DNA of 61,271 nt, the filler included. It is 10 parts of 10 records of this genome, joined end to end, with 100 filler letters (N's around TTAATTAATTAA, not from the genome) between each part and the next. Parts side by side here need not be neighbours in the genome. Positions count along the whole stretch, not along the records: positions 42,394 to 48,484 come from SRR31147125_376487; positions 48,585 to 56,050 come from SRR31147125_380828; 8 more parts are not named here. The stretch is one strand, 5' to 3'. Shown in pieces: positions 44,489 through 55,343 of this stretch. Both the position numbers and the translations under genes were made by a program. How positions within the stretch are numbered: position 1 is the first letter of the stretch; each line of letters starts with the position of its first letter. The notes beneath the pieces are model-generated. The model was given only the letters and a program-made list of their open reading frames with translations. It had not been told where the DNA came from and ran no database searches.

Positions 44489-45151
44489 TTAACCGATCAG
44501 ATGCCGGTCATACCCGGCCCGGATCAGCTCCTGTTCCGCTTCGAGTACATTCGGGGGGATTTCCTGGGGGATCTGAAACCCCTTTCCGGGGTATTCCCGG
44601 ATCCGCTGCAGGTCTCCCACCATGATATTGATCAGATCGTCCCGGCTGATTCCCTGCGCCCGGTCCGGATACTCCTCATAGGAAACGGGAGGAGAGGTCA
44701 CGATCACATCCCATTCGGGACGGAGCTTTCTGATGGCCGCCCAGGCCCGCCTTTCCATATAGGGTTTCTGTACCGCCAGGAAGGTCCGGAAAGAGAGGCT
44801 GTTTTTCTCCAGGATAGCGGAGGTAAAAAGGACATTCTCGCCCGTATTGGAGGCCTCGGTTTCCAGAAGCACCGCTTCTTCCGGCACTCCGGCCCCGACG
44901 GCGCGGCGGGCGAATGTTTCAGCCTCGCTCTGTTCCCATCCCGTATCCAGAAGGTCATCCTGGTGGGCCATTCCTCCGGAGAAGACGATCAGGGGAGCCC
45001 ACCCTTCCAGGTAGAGCCGGGCCGCGTGATCGGCCACCCTCAGGTCGTGACTGCACAGGACAAACAGGCAGTCCGCCTTCCGCAGGGTGTGGTTCATATG
45101 GTGATAATCCCAGATAATCCGGGCCATTCTGTCGATTTGCTCTATCATCAT
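44489..45151 (-). CDS. YdcF/DUF218 family protein
   Basis: IVFSGG, SEAE.FA, LETEASNTGEN, VQKPYMERR. Confidence 0.85.
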   Translation of the reverse strand: MMIEQIDRMARIIWDYHHMNHTLRKADCLFVLCSHDLRVADHAARLYLEGWAPLIVFSGGMAHQDDLLDTGWEQSEAETFARRAVGAGVPEEAVLLETEASNTGENVLFTSAILEKNSLSFRTFLAVQKPYMERRAWAAIRKLRPEWDVIVTSPPVSYEEYPDRAQGISRDDLINIMVGDLQRIREYPGKGFQIPQEIPPNVLEAEQELIRAGYDRHLIG

Positions 45152-45214
45152 GAGAGCGATTATATCAGAAGAGGGTAAGAGGAAAAACCGGTATGAGCGG
45201 TCAGCACAGAAAAT

Positions 45215-47591
45215 CTACAGATCAGGGGGAGTCCGGTCTTCCCGATGCTCCTGCCGCCGCCGCATCTCCACCTGCCGGCGGAACTCTCCCGGTGTGACCC
45301 CTTCATACTTTTTGAAAAAACGGGTCAGACTCTGATCGTTGTGGTATCCCGCTTCTCCGGCTATCTCCCGGATGGGCCGGTCGGTGACGGTCAGAAGCTC
45401 CCGGGCCCGGTCTATGCGCAGACGGTTCAGATAATCCACAAAAGACAGACCCGTTTCGTCCTTGATGAGTTTCCTGGTATGAGAGTAGCTCAGCCCGACC
45501 TCATCGGAGAGAAGGGTCAGATCCAGGTTGGGATTATCCGCATGTTCGGTGATATACCGGAGTATCGTCCGGACCGGAGAATCGCTGCTCTCCCGGCTGC
45601 CCAGTACGGTCAGGATCCTTCCGTAGTACTCCAGCAGGGCCTGTTTCAGGTCGTCCCTGGTTTCCTGGTCGGTTATGAGCTCGTAAAACGACCGGTGGCG
45701 GTCCAGGACCCGGGCATCGGGGATTCCCCGGGACCGGAGAAACCCTGCCGTCCGGGAAACCAGAGGGGAGAGGATTTCAAGAACCCGGTCGTAGCTGAGG
45801 AGGTGGTCCCGGAACAGGCTGTCCATCAGATCTTCCACCGCCCGGGGTACCTCCTGTTCCCGCCCGTTGCGGAGAAGCCCCATGAGACCTTCGATCTGGG
45901 GTTCCACATCCGGCCGCCCCCCGCATGCAGGGGAAGACGGGCATAATCGATGTACCGGCCGTTGAAGAAGGAGATCCGGTAGATCAGGCCGTCCATGGCT
46001 TCCACAAAGGACCGGCGGACATGATCCCATCCGGAATGGACCGCTCCTGCGGAGAGTACGACTCCCACATCCTCATTCACCTCGGCGGCTTCCAGGATTT
46101 CCCGGAACATCCGGTCCCGGGCTTCGTCATTCGGACCGGGGCCCACCACGACGGCAATCTTGTCATACCCCAGGATCACGCCGGCTCCGGAGGCATACCG
46201 GTTCACCACCTCCAGGGAGAGCCGGAGGATCAGGCTCCGGAAGGCGAACTGCTCCCTGTAGGAGTAGCGTTCGGCAAACTGCCGGTACCGGTTGATCATC
46301 AGTACCAGACAGAAATAGGGGGCTTCCGGATCGGAAAATACGGCGGACGCGTTTTCCGTCTCCCCCCGGATCAGATCCAGGACCGCTGTTTCGGTCAGAC
46401 TCTCCCGGCTGTTTTCCAGCAGATTGCTGATCTTCTCATCCTGATCCAGTATAGTCTCCACCGCCTGACGGATCTGTTTGAGCTCGTCGGGACCGGAGCC
46501 GCTGTCCCCGGGGCCCACCGCCCGGCGCAGGTAGTTCATGGTGGACTGAATGGGATCATAGATCTGCCGGGCAAACCACCAGGCAGCCAGGCTGCCGCAC
46601 AGGAGGGTCAGCAGCGACAGAGCGGCAATGGCCAGCTGAAGGAGCCGGACCCAGCGGAACAGAGCGGAAAGGGGGTCATTTTCAGGAAGATCAGGCCGGT
46701 AGCCTTGGACCGTATATAGGAGAGCATGTACTCCCGATTCCTGAAAGTCCGGTCAAAGGCGCCCTCATTCTCCCCGGATTCCAGGATACCGGTGACCGAA
46801 TCCTCAATAGCCCTGGTCGCCTCTGTCCCGGAGGAATCGGTCAGCAGCGTCCCGTCCCTGTCGAGCAGAAAATAGTAGTGGCCCGACTCCTCGCCGGAGG
46901 GATAGAAGATCTTCTTCTCCAGCAGATTGACCACCACGGCTCCCGACAGGGATCTGTTGGGCTGAAAAGAGAGGGGGAACATCAGGGTGATCACACTGGA
47001 ATCTATATCGCGGTCCGTATCGATATACACCCTCGGGTCCTTCAGCAGGGCGGAATCGACGGGCTTCCGTGCCGGCAGAATCCGAAGGGTGTTCAGTCCC
47101 GGTTCATAGTACTCCAGCCAGGACGTATCGATGTACTCCCCGGCCCGGACCGTCTCTCCCCGGGATGTCACGATCATTCCGGTCTCTTCATTGTAAAGAT
47201 AGAAGGAGTGGATGGCCTCGTCGGTCACAATCATGCTCCTGAGCCTGACAACCGTATCCAGTACGGCATCGACATATTCAACATTGTAACCTCCCCCTGC
47301 GGTCCGCAGACTCTCCTTCTGGAGTGTAAACAGAGTTTCAAACCGGGGATCCATAGCGATACTGATGGCGTTGGCCCAGGTCCGGTTCATCACAAGATCC
47401 ACGTAATCCTGCAGAAGGGAAAGGCTGTTCATGTAGCTCTGATGCACCTCTTTCTTGATAAAATCGGTGATCACCGTCTGAAACAGCAGAAGGAATCCCA
47501 GTATGGGCACCATCAGAAATATCAGAAAAGAGAAAAACAGCCGGGAAAACAGGTTCCTCTTTTTCCTCAGTTCATGCTTCCTGATTTTCAA
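45215..47591 (-). CDS. Membrane-anchored AraC regulator with extracytoplasmic sensor domain (frameshifts near 46675 and 45925)
   Basis: TTG start after GAGGAGG, then TM, large sensor domain, second TM, and a C-terminal HTH (F.DYLNRLRI..A..LL...IA...GY....L.RFFKKYEGVTPGEFR). Confidence 0.78.
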
Positions 47592-48484
47592 AGCATCCCC
47601 TCCTCTGTCAGATAAACGGGATTGGTCATGCTGAGCAGTCCTCCTTCGGGGTTCCGGATTTCCGCCCGGAGAAACCGCCGGCCTGCAGGCAGAGACAGAG
47701 TGAGAGAACGGTCCGCCGGGGACAGGGCCAGGGACTCCTCCTCTCCCCTTTCGGATATAAGGAAGAGTGTTCCGGCGGCGGGATTCCGGATATCCACCTC
47801 GACAGCCGCATTTTCCGGGATACCCCGGTCTCCGGGCCGCATCGATCCGATCCGGAGTTCGGGAAAGGGCGCCTCCATCGAAGCTGTGATGACAACGGCG
47901 CCTTTCATGACTCCCCCGAGGATGCTCTCCGCATCCAGCGCATCGGCCCTCACCCATGTAACAGGCCGGCCGTACCAGCGGTCCCCGCTGTTGCCGTGAT
48001 TGTCGCTTCCGCCGACGGCGGTTAGAGACCGTCCCCCGCAGATCTGCCGCTGCCACCACTCCAGGGCTTTCTCATTCCCTTCGCACCAGCGGCTGTTCCA
48101 TACCTCCACCGAATCGAAGGGATACTCCTCCCCCCAGAGCCAGGGATCCTTGAAGAAAGGGTGATTCAGGGAAACGACCGCATTCCGGGCGCGGGCCGCA
48201 TCGATCCGGTCCGCCACATCCTCCGGGGTTTCGCAGAGGACCCGGGATAGAGGGCGGGAAGATTCCAGAAATTGCTGTGCCCCCGGTAGGTTGTCATCTC
48301 CATGGAAGGGATCAGCAGCAGGTCTTCTTCCTGCGGCACGCTCCTGTTCTGGGTCTGGGTGTTGTGATCCGTCAGGGCGATGAATGACAGCCCGGTCTGA
48401 CGGGCATGGCGGGCCGCATCGGCGGTGGTGACAACCGCATCTCCGCTGTGGACTGTGTGGGTGTGGAGATCCCCGGGGAACCAG
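47588..48484 (-). CDS. PHP-domain (CehA/McbA-like) metallohydrolase (5'-truncated; frameshift near 48250)
   Basis: GDLHTHTVHS, ALTDHN, SMEMTTYRGH, LNHPF, EVWN, VGGSDNH. Confidence 0.8.
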   Translation of the reverse strand: MVPRGSPHPHSPQRRCGCHHRRCGPPCPSDRAVIHRPDGSQHPDPEQERAAGRRPAADPFHGDDNLPGAQQFLESSRPLSRVLCETPEDVADRIDAARARNAVVSLNHPFFKDPWLWGEEYPFDSVEVWNSRWCEGNEKALEWWQRQICGGRSLTAVGGSDNHGNSGDRWYGRPVTWVRADALDAESILGGVMKGAVVITASMEAPFPELRIGSMRPGDRGIPENAAVEVDIRNPAAGTLFLISERGEEESLALSPADRSLTLSLPAGRRFLRAEIRNPEGGLLSMTNPVYLTEEGML

Positions 48485-48584
48485 NNNNNNNNNNNNNNNN
48501 NNNNNNNNNNNNNNNNNNNNNNNNNNNNTTAATTAATTAANNNNNNNNNNNNNNNNNNNNNNNNNNNNNNNNNNNNNNNNNNNN
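48485..48584. other. Artificial contig linker
   Basis: N44-TTAATTAATTAA-N44. Confidence 0.98.
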
Positions 48585-49037
48585 TTTTTCACCGCCCGAC
48601 AGCTCGAACGGCGACTTGTCCAAAAGCGCCTCCGGCAGCCCGACAAAGCCGGCTGCCTCGCGCACGCGCTCATCGATTTCACTCTCAGACAGCTTCATGT
48701 TTTTAGGCCCAAAGGCGATATCCTTAAAAACCGTTTCCTCAAACAGCTGGTATTCGGGGTATTGGAAAACAAGCCCCACCTTAAAGCGCACATCCCGCGT
48801 GCGCTCCTTTGTGGTATAAATATCCTCACCGTTATATAGGATTTTGCCGGAGGTTGGCTTTAAAAGCCCGTTGAGGTGCTGTATAAACGTCGATTTACCA
48901 GAGCCGGTCTGGCCGATGATTCCGAGAATCTCGCCTTTCTCCGCCTCAAAATCGATATCGCGGATCGCCACATGCTCAAAGGGCGTGTCCACGCTGTATA
49001 TATGCGTCAGTTTCTCTGTTTTTATTAGTGGTGCCAA
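48585..49037 (-). CDS. ecfA2: ECF transporter ATPase A' (3'-truncated)
   Basis: GQTGSGKST, VFQYPEYQLFEETV, SPFELSGG. Confidence 0.92.
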
Positions 49038-49116
49038 CGTATTACCATCCTTTAAGCGACGGTGCGTCTCACATCTTTCAGCAATGACGCCCAATCAAAC
49101 GCCGTCATTTCCCATT

Positions 49117-49980
49117 TCAGGATAAAGCCGCGTATATTTCCTGCGCGCATTCTTCGACAGACAGCGCGTCCAGCCTGAGGCCAAAGCCTTCTTCATTGAG
49201 CTCATAGAGAAGGCCCACCGTTTCCGGTACGTCCAAACCGGCCTCCCGCAGCGCCCCGACCTCGCGGAAAACGTCCCGCGGGCCGCCGTCCATAAGGACC
49301 TTGCCCTCGGACATAACGACGAGCCTGTCGGCGTCAATCGCCTCTTCCATGTGATGCGTAATCAGCACCACCGTTACCTTGCCGGTCTCCCGCAGCTCTT
49401 TAATAATCTTAACAACGCTTTCTCGCCCCACGGGGTCCAGCATAGCCGTCGGCTCGTCAAATACGACGCAGGACGGCTCCATCGCCAGAACACCCGCGAT
49501 GGCAATGCGCTGCTTCTGCCCGCCGGACAAAAGGTGCGGCGCGTGCTCGCGGTATTCGTACATGCCCACCGTTTTAAGCGCCTCGTCGACGCGGCGGCGG
49601 ATTTCCACTGGCGGTATGCCGAGATTTTCCGGTGCGAAGGCGACATCCTCCTCCACGACGTTGGCCACAATCTGGTTGTCGGGGTTCTGGAATACCATGC
49701 CGACGCGGCGGCGGATCTCCAGCAGAAGGTTTTCATCGAGCGTATCCATATCGTTTACCAGCACGCGCCCGCCCATCGGGAGCAGGATCGCGTTAAAGTG
49801 CTTGGCCAGCGTCGTTTTGCCCGAACCATTCCGCCCGAGTATCGCCACAAACGTACCGGCCTCTATTTCAAGATCCAAATCCTCCAGGACGATCTTCGGC
49901 AGCTCGCCCTCGGCTGCTCTATAGGCATAACGGAGGTTTTCCGTCTTTATAATCTTTTCCATATCGTTTTGATTCATCAT
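49117..49980 (-). CDS. ecfA1: ECF transporter ATPase A
   Basis: GRNGSGKTT, VFQNPDNQ, LSGGQKQR, FDEPTAMLDP, ITH. Confidence 0.93.
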   Translation of the reverse strand: MMNQNDMEKIIKTENLRYAYRAAEGELPKIVLEDLDLEIEAGTFVAILGRNGSGKTTLAKHFNAILLPMGGRVLVNDMDTLDENLLLEIRRRVGMVFQNPDNQIVANVVEEDVAFAPENLGIPPVEIRRRVDEALKTVGMYEYREHAPHLLSGGQKQRIAIAGVLAMEPSCVVFDEPTAMLDPVGRESVVKIIKELRETGKVTVVLITHHMEEAIDADRLVVMSEGKVLMDGGPRDVFREVGALREAGLDVPETVGLLYELNEEGFGLRLDALSVEECAQEIYAALS

Positions 49981-50841
49981 TCACCTTTCCCACCGGCACG
50001 TCGCGCCGCAGGGCAAAACAAGTCCTGTAGTCCGCACGGGCAGGCCCAGCTCGTCGCTTTCCGCCCCGCCGCCATAAACGCTTGAAAAAACCGTTTCGGC
50101 TATATAGGTCAGTGTTGAGGCCGACAGCCCCGTCGTATAAGAGTTGATAATGACAAAAAGCGGATCGTCCGACAGGACGCGCGCGCACAAGCTGACAAAG
50201 CCAAACAGGTCATTTTCCAGCTTCCACACCTCGCCCGACGGCCCGCGCCCGTAGGACGGCGGGTCCATAATGACGGCGTCGTATTTCCGGCCGCGCCGGA
50301 TCTCCCGTTCGAGAAATTTGACACAGTCGTCCACGATCCAGCGCACGGGCCGGTCCTCAAGGCCGGACGCGCGCACGTTCTCCCGGGCCCAGCTCACCAT
50401 GCCGCGTGCGGCGTCCACATGGCAAACGCTCGCGCCCGCGGCAGCTGCCGCCTCTGTCGCGCCGCCGGTGTACGCGAACAGATTCAGAACATTAACAGGC
50501 CTGCCTGCGCCGCGTATCTTCCTTCCGATGTAATCCCAGTTGACGGCCTGCTCGGGAAAAAGGCCCGTGTGCTTAAAGTTCATGGGCTTTACATTAAAGG
50601 ATAAATCGCCGTACTGTATCCGCCAGCTTTCCGGCAGGCTGTTATTGTGCCATTTGCCGCCGCCGGATGACGAGCGCGCATAGCGCGCGTGAGGCTTTTC
50701 CCAGCCGGGATGCGTTTTAGGCGTATCCCAGATCACCTGCGGGTCGGGCCGCACCAGAAGAAATCTGCCCCAACGCTCCAGCTTTTCGCCGCCGGAACAG
50801 TCGAGCAGTTCGTAATCTGTCCATTTGTCGGATACCCACAT
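49981..50841 (-). CDS. Class I SAM-dependent methyltransferase (RlmI/RlmK-like)
   Basis: FKHTGLFPEQ, VLNLFAYTG, HVDA, IMDPPSYG. Confidence 0.85.
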   Translation of the reverse strand: MWVSDKWTDYELLDCSGGEKLERWGRFLLVRPDPQVIWDTPKTHPGWEKPHARYARSSSGGGKWHNNSLPESWRIQYGDLSFNVKPMNFKHTGLFPEQAVNWDYIGRKIRGAGRPVNVLNLFAYTGGATEAAAAAGASVCHVDAARGMVSWARENVRASGLEDRPVRWIVDDCVKFLEREIRRGRKYDAVIMDPPSYGRGPSGEVWKLENDLFGFVSLCARVLSDDPLFVIINSYTTGLSASTLTYIAETVFSSVYGGGAESDELGLPVRTTGLVLPCGATCRWER

Positions 50842-50889
50842 TGCGCTGTCTCCCAATCGCCGTTATATCAAACAGCAGTAAATTAATGT

Positions 50890-50918
50890 ATTATATCACC
50901 GCGTGTCCTTGACGTCAA
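50890..50918 (-). promoter_or_regulatory. SigmaA promoter for the methyltransferase-ecfA operon
   Basis: Minus strand TTGACG-17-TATAAT with an extended -10 TG. Confidence 0.6.
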
Positions 50919-50987
50919 TTATGGGCAGACACAGCGATTCGTCAATAATGGCCGCGGCCGTTCGTCAATAATCTGTGAATTTTGCTC

Positions 50988-51016
50988 TTGACATATGCGT
51001 TAAGTTACCGTATCAT
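50988..51016 (+). promoter_or_regulatory. SigmaA promoter of the trp leader
   Basis: TTGACA (50988-50993), 17-nt spacer, TATCAT (51011-51016). Confidence 0.7.
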
Positions 51017-51039
51017 GATAGGCAACAAATCGTATATTT

Positions 51040-51320
51040 AAAACCTTTGAGCAAGAAGAGTACAAAAAGTCGGGTGTATCCAGAGAGCCGCCGGTGGGTG
51101 TGAATGCGGCAGCACAGATTTTTTCGAATGGGCTTGCGAGGGCGGCTTGAAAGCATATGGACACCATATGGGAGTAGACGCCGACGGGAACCCTGTCCGT
51201 TATCAGTGGGGTGCATATGATGGTATGCAAAATGAGCGGATGATTTTATATCGTCAATTTGGGTGGTACCGCAGAAGCTTGAGCTTTTGTCCCAGTGTGG
51301 GGCAGAGGCTTTTTTATTTT
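51040..51320 (+). ncRNA. T-box riboswitch with Trp (UGG) specifier
   Basis: AGTA, AGAGA and GTGTGAA stem I motifs. GAA-TGG specifier at 51129-51131, AGTAG, CCGTTA, and T-box AATTTGGGTGGTACCGC (51256-51272), all upstream of trpE. Confidence 0.93.
51281..51320 (+). terminator. T-box intrinsic terminator
   Basis: AGCTTTTGTCCC-loop-GGGCAGAGGCT hairpin followed by TTTTTATTTT. Confidence 0.8.
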
Positions 51321-51388
51321 GCCGGCGCCGCCCTTTTATTTTTCTGGAAAGGAGTTTTCATCCCATCAATGAAAATGTGTGTTAAGCC

Positions 51389-52849
51389 ATGATTACACCA
51401 AGCTGTGAAACCATCACAGAGCTCGCCAAAGAGTACAATACGATCCCCGTCTGCCGGGAGATTTACGCAGACGTGACGACGCCGATTCTGCTGCTTCGGA
51501 AGCTGGCGGCAAAAAGCAAGCGCTTTTACCTGCTGGAAAGCGTCGAGGGCGGGGAGAAATGGGGCCGCTATTCGTTTTTGGGATACGACCCCGTCCTCCG
51601 CGTCAAATGCAAGGACGGCCTCGTCGTCATCGAGGGCGACGAACCGGAAATCCTCGTCACGGAAAAGCCGCTCGAGGTTCTGCGCGGCATCCTTTCCAAG
51701 TACCACGCCCCGCGCATCGAGGACCTGCCCCCGTTTACGGGTGGCTTTGTAGGCTACTTTTCGTACGCCATGTACGGCTATACCGAGCCGGTTCTCAAGC
51801 TGAAAAGCGGCGACATGAACGATTATGACCTCATGCTGTTTGACAAGGTCATCGCCTACGATCATCTCCGCCAGAAAATCAGCGTCATCGTTAACATGCA
51901 CACCGAGCCCCTCATGGAAAACTACGGGAAGGCCGTGGCGGAGATTGAGACCATCGTGCGCATGATCGCCGAAGCCGCTCCTCTCCCGCCCGCCAAATCC
52001 CCGAAAGCCGAGGCGTTTACCTGCAACGTCACACCGGAGCAGTACGCTAAAATGGTTGAAAAGACGAAGGAATATATCGTCGACGGCGACATATTCCAGG
52101 CCGTTATCTCCAGAAGGTTTGAAAGCAAATTTGACGGCAGCCTTCTGGACGCCTACCGTGTCCTGCGCACAACAAATCCGTCGCCGTATATGGTCTTTAT
52201 GCACATCGACGGGCTCGAGATCATGAGCACATCGCCGGAAACGCTTGTCCGGCTCCAGAAGGGCAGGCTTGCCACCTTCCCCGTTGCCGGCTCGCGGCCC
52301 CGCGGCGCTACCGACACTGAGGACAAAGCGCTTGAAGAAGACCTCCTGCAAGACGAAAAGGAGCTCAGCGAGCACAACATGCTCGTGGACTTAGCGCGAA
52401 ACGACCTGGGCCGGATATCACAATACAACTCCGTAAAGGTCATGGACTACATGATGATCCACCGGTACTCCAAGATCATGCATATCGCCTCGCGTGTGGA
52501 AAGCGATATCGAAGAAGCCCGGGACGCGCTGGACGCCATTGAGGCCATCCTGCCCGCCGGGACACTCTCCGGCGCGCCGAAAATCCGCGCCTGCCAGATT
52601 ATCGACGAGATCGAGGGCTCGCCCCGCGGCATCTACGGCGGCGCAATCGGTTATATCGACTTCGCCGGCAATATGGACACCTGCATTGCCATCCGCATGG
52701 CTGTTAAAAAGGACGGCAAGGTCACCGTGCAGGCCGGCGGCGGCATTGTGGCCGACAGCGTGCCGGCCACCGAGTATGAGGAATCAGGAAACAAGGCCAA
52801 AGCCGTTATTAACGCCATACTGAACGCAAACGAGGTGAACGAGTTATGA
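51389..52849 (+). CDS. trpE: Anthranilate synthase component I
   Basis: LLESVEGGEKWGRYS, GDIFQAV, NPSPYM, SPE, EHNMLVDLARND, PAGTLSGAPK. Confidence 0.96.
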   Translation: MITPSCETITELAKEYNTIPVCREIYADVTTPILLLRKLAAKSKRFYLLESVEGGEKWGRYSFLGYDPVLRVKCKDGLVVIEGDEPEILVTEKPLEVLRGILSKYHAPRIEDLPPFTGGFVGYFSYAMYGYTEPVLKLKSGDMNDYDLMLFDKVIAYDHLRQKISVIVNMHTEPLMENYGKAVAEIETIVRMIAEAAPLPPAKSPKAEAFTCNVTPEQYAKMVEKTKEYIVDGDIFQAVISRRFESKFDGSLLDAYRVLRTTNPSPYMVFMHIDGLEIMSTSPETLVRLQKGRLATFPVAGSRPRGATDTEDKALEEDLLQDEKELSEHNMLVDLARNDLGRISQYNSVKVMDYMMIHRYSKIMHIASRVESDIEEARDALDAIEAILPAGTLSGAPKIRACQIIDEIEGSPRGIYGGAIGYIDFAGNMDTCIAIRMAVKKDGKVTVQAGGGIVADSVPATEYEESGNKAKAVINAILNANEVNEL

Positions 52850-53430
52850 TTCTCATGATCGATAATTACGACAGCTTTACGTATAACCTCGTGCAGCTCA
52901 TCGGCGGGCTGAACCGCGATATTAAAGTCGTGCGGAACGACGCCATGACGGCCGCTGAAATCAAAGCGCTGGCCCCGTCGCACATCATCCTCTCGCCGGG
53001 CCCCGGCTATCCGAAGGACGCCGGCATTTGCGAGGACGTTATTAAGAAGCTCAGCGGAAAATTCCCGATTTTAGGCGTCTGCCTCGGCCATCAGGCCATC
53101 TGTGAGGTTTTCGGGGCGGATATCACTCACGCCAAAAAGCTGATGCACGGCAAAAAAAGCACCATGCTCGTTGATACGGCAAGCCCGATTTTTAAGGGCC
53201 TGCCGGAGAAGATTGAGGCCGCGCGCTATCACTCGCTGATCGCCGAGCACGATTCAGTACCCGAGACGCTGTGCGTCATCGCCCAGGACGAGACGGCCGA
53301 GGTCATGGCCGTGAAGCACCGGGACTTTGACGTTTACGGCCTGCAGTTTCATCCCGAATCGGTGCTCACGCCGATGGGAGACGTTATTATCCGAAACTTC
53401 CTGAGTATTGGAGGCGACAAAAATGATTAA
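52846..53430 (+). CDS. trpG: Anthranilate synthase component II
   Basis: IDNYDSFTYN, LSPGPG, GVCLGHQ, RYHSL, QFHPES. Confidence 0.96.
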   Translation: MILMIDNYDSFTYNLVQLIGGLNRDIKVVRNDAMTAAEIKALAPSHIILSPGPGYPKDAGICEDVIKKLSGKFPILGVCLGHQAICEVFGADITHAKKLMHGKKSTMLVDTASPIFKGLPEKIEAARYHSLIAEHDSVPETLCVIAQDETAEVMAVKHRDFDVYGLQFHPESVLTPMGDVIIRNFLSIGGDKND

Positions 53431-54433
53431 GGACGCTATCAAGGAAGCTGCCGAAGGGCGCGACCTGACGTATGACACGGCCAAAGAGGCCATGGACGAG
53501 ATTATGCGCGGAGACGCCACCCAGTCTCAGATTGCCGCGTTTTTAACAGCGCTGCGTATCAAGGGCGAGACCGTCGACGAAATCGCCGCGTGTGCCGCTG
53601 TCATGCGCGAGCGCTGCGCAAGGCTCAATACCACGGCGGAGGTTATGGACATCGTCGGTACCGGCGGCGATGAATCGTACAGCTTTAATATTTCCACCGT
53701 CACCTCGTTTGTTGTGGCGGCCGGCGGCGTCCCGGTTGCCAAGCACGGCAACCGCAGCGTCTCCAGCAAATGCGGCGCGGCCGATTTCCTGGAGGCGCTC
53801 GGCGCGAAAATCAACCTGACGGCCGAACAAACGGCGCGTGTGCTGGACGAAGCCGGTATGTGCTTTATGTTCGCCCCAAACCATCACGCCAGCATGAAAT
53901 ATGCCGCGCCCGTCCGCAAGGAGATCGGCCTGCGCACTGTGTTCAACATTCTTGGCCCGCTGTCAAACCCAGCGTTCGCATCTATGATGCTGCTCGGCGT
54001 CTACGACGAAAAGCTTGTGGAGCCGCTGGCCAAAGTTCTTATGAATATCGGCGTGAAGCGCGCGCTTGTCGTCCACGGCGACGACGGACTCGACGAGATA
54101 TCCATGGGCGCCACGACAACCGTCTGCGAAGTCAACAATGGGACGCTCACATCGTTCAAGCTGGACCCGCGTGAATATGGCTTCAGCTTCTGCGCGCGCG
54201 ACGACCTCACCGGCGGCGACCCGGCGGAAAACGCTGGAATCGCCCGCGCCATCTTTGATGGCGCGCGGGGCGCCAAGCGCGACGCCGTCGTTTTAAACGC
54301 CGCTGCCGCCCTGTACGTGGCGGGCAAAGCAGCCAGCATTGAACAGGGCGTCAGCCTAGCCTCAGACCTCATTGACAGCGGCGCAGCCTGCCAGAAAATG
54401 CGGGATTTCATTCAGGTCACAAACGCGGTATAA
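53423..54433 (+). CDS. trpD: Anthranilate phosphoribosyltransferase
   Basis: DIVGTGGD, FNIST, KHGNRSVSSKCG, RTVFNILGPL.NP, GLDE. Confidence 0.96.
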   Translation: MIKDAIKEAAEGRDLTYDTAKEAMDEIMRGDATQSQIAAFLTALRIKGETVDEIAACAAVMRERCARLNTTAEVMDIVGTGGDESYSFNISTVTSFVVAAGGVPVAKHGNRSVSSKCGAADFLEALGAKINLTAEQTARVLDEAGMCFMFAPNHHASMKYAAPVRKEIGLRTVFNILGPLSNPAFASMMLLGVYDEKLVEPLAKVLMNIGVKRALVVHGDDGLDEISMGATTTVCEVNNGTLTSFKLDPREYGFSFCARDDLTGGDPAENAGIARAIFDGARGAKRDAVVLNAAAALYVAGKAASIEQGVSLASDLIDSGAACQKMRDFIQVTNAV

Positions 54434-54564
54434 TGAAAGCTATTGCACAACCAATACTTATAATGCCATATTTCCGCCGCTTTCGCGGCATCCGAATACA
54501 TCGGACTAAAGCCTCCCATGCGGAGGAACACCTGTACAATATGGCGCATGGGAGGACAACATGA
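54433..54564 (+). CDS. Putative 43-aa bridging ORF between trpD and trpC
   Basis: Its ATG overlaps the trpD stop (TAATG) and its TGA overlaps the trpC start (ATGA). Reads MKAIAQPILIMPYFRRFRGIRIHRTKASHAEEHLYNMAHGRTT. Confidence 0.35.
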   Translation: MKAIAQPILIMPYFRRFRGIRIHRTKASHAEEHLYNMAHGRTT

Positions 54565-55343
54565 TACTTAAGCAAATCGCAGACTCGACTTTGCTTCGGG
54601 TCGAGACCCAGAAATCACGCGTTTCCCCGCAAGAGATGAAAGAGCGCGCTTTAAAGCGCGTACGCGGCGGCTTTGCGTTTGAAGCCGCGCTCAAAAAAGA
54701 CGGATTGTCCTTTATCTGCGAGGTTAAAAAAGCGTCGCCGTCCAAGGGCGTCATTGCCGAAGACTTCCCCTACCGGGAGATTGCCAAGGCGTACGAGACC
54801 GCCGGCGCAAGCGCTGTTTCCGTCTTAACGGAGCCGGATTATTTTCTCGGCCACACCGATTATCTCAGCGATATACGCGATCATGTCCAGCTGCCGCTTT
54901 TGCGCAAGGACTTTATCGTCGACGAGTATCAGCTGTACGAGTCCAAGCTTATCGGCGCGGATGCCGTGCTTTTAATCTGCGCCCTGCTTGATGCGGATAC
55001 GCTGGAGCGGTATATGGATATATGCTACCGTCTGGGGCTGTCGGCGCTCATCGAGGTGCACGACGAGGACGAGGCCGACATGGCAGTGATGTCCGGCGGC
55101 CGGATCATCGGCGTCAACAACCGGGACCTCAAAACATTCGAGGTGGATATTTCCACCGCCGTCCGCCTGCGCCCGCACGTCCCCGATTACGCGCTGTTCG
55201 TAGCGGAAAGTGGTATTAAAACGCCGGGCGATATCAGCACGCTGAAAAGCGCCGGCGTGGACGCCGTTTTGATCGGCGAGACGCTGATGAGAACGGCCGA
55301 TAAAAAAGCTGCCCTGGATACGCTGCGCGACGCGGCGTCATGA
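54561..55343 (+). CDS. trpC: Indole-3-glycerol phosphate synthase
   Basis: ICEVKKASPSKG, SVLTE, LRKDF, EVH, GVNNRDL, ESGI, LIGE. Confidence 0.96.
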   Translation: MILKQIADSTLLRVETQKSRVSPQEMKERALKRVRGGFAFEAALKKDGLSFICEVKKASPSKGVIAEDFPYREIAKAYETAGASAVSVLTEPDYFLGHTDYLSDIRDHVQLPLLRKDFIVDEYQLYESKLIGADAVLLICALLDADTLERYMDICYRLGLSALIEVHDEDEADMAVMSGGRIIGVNNRDLKTFEVDISTAVRLRPHVPDYALFVAESGIKTPGDISTLKSAGVDAVLIGETLMRTADKKAALDTLRDAAS

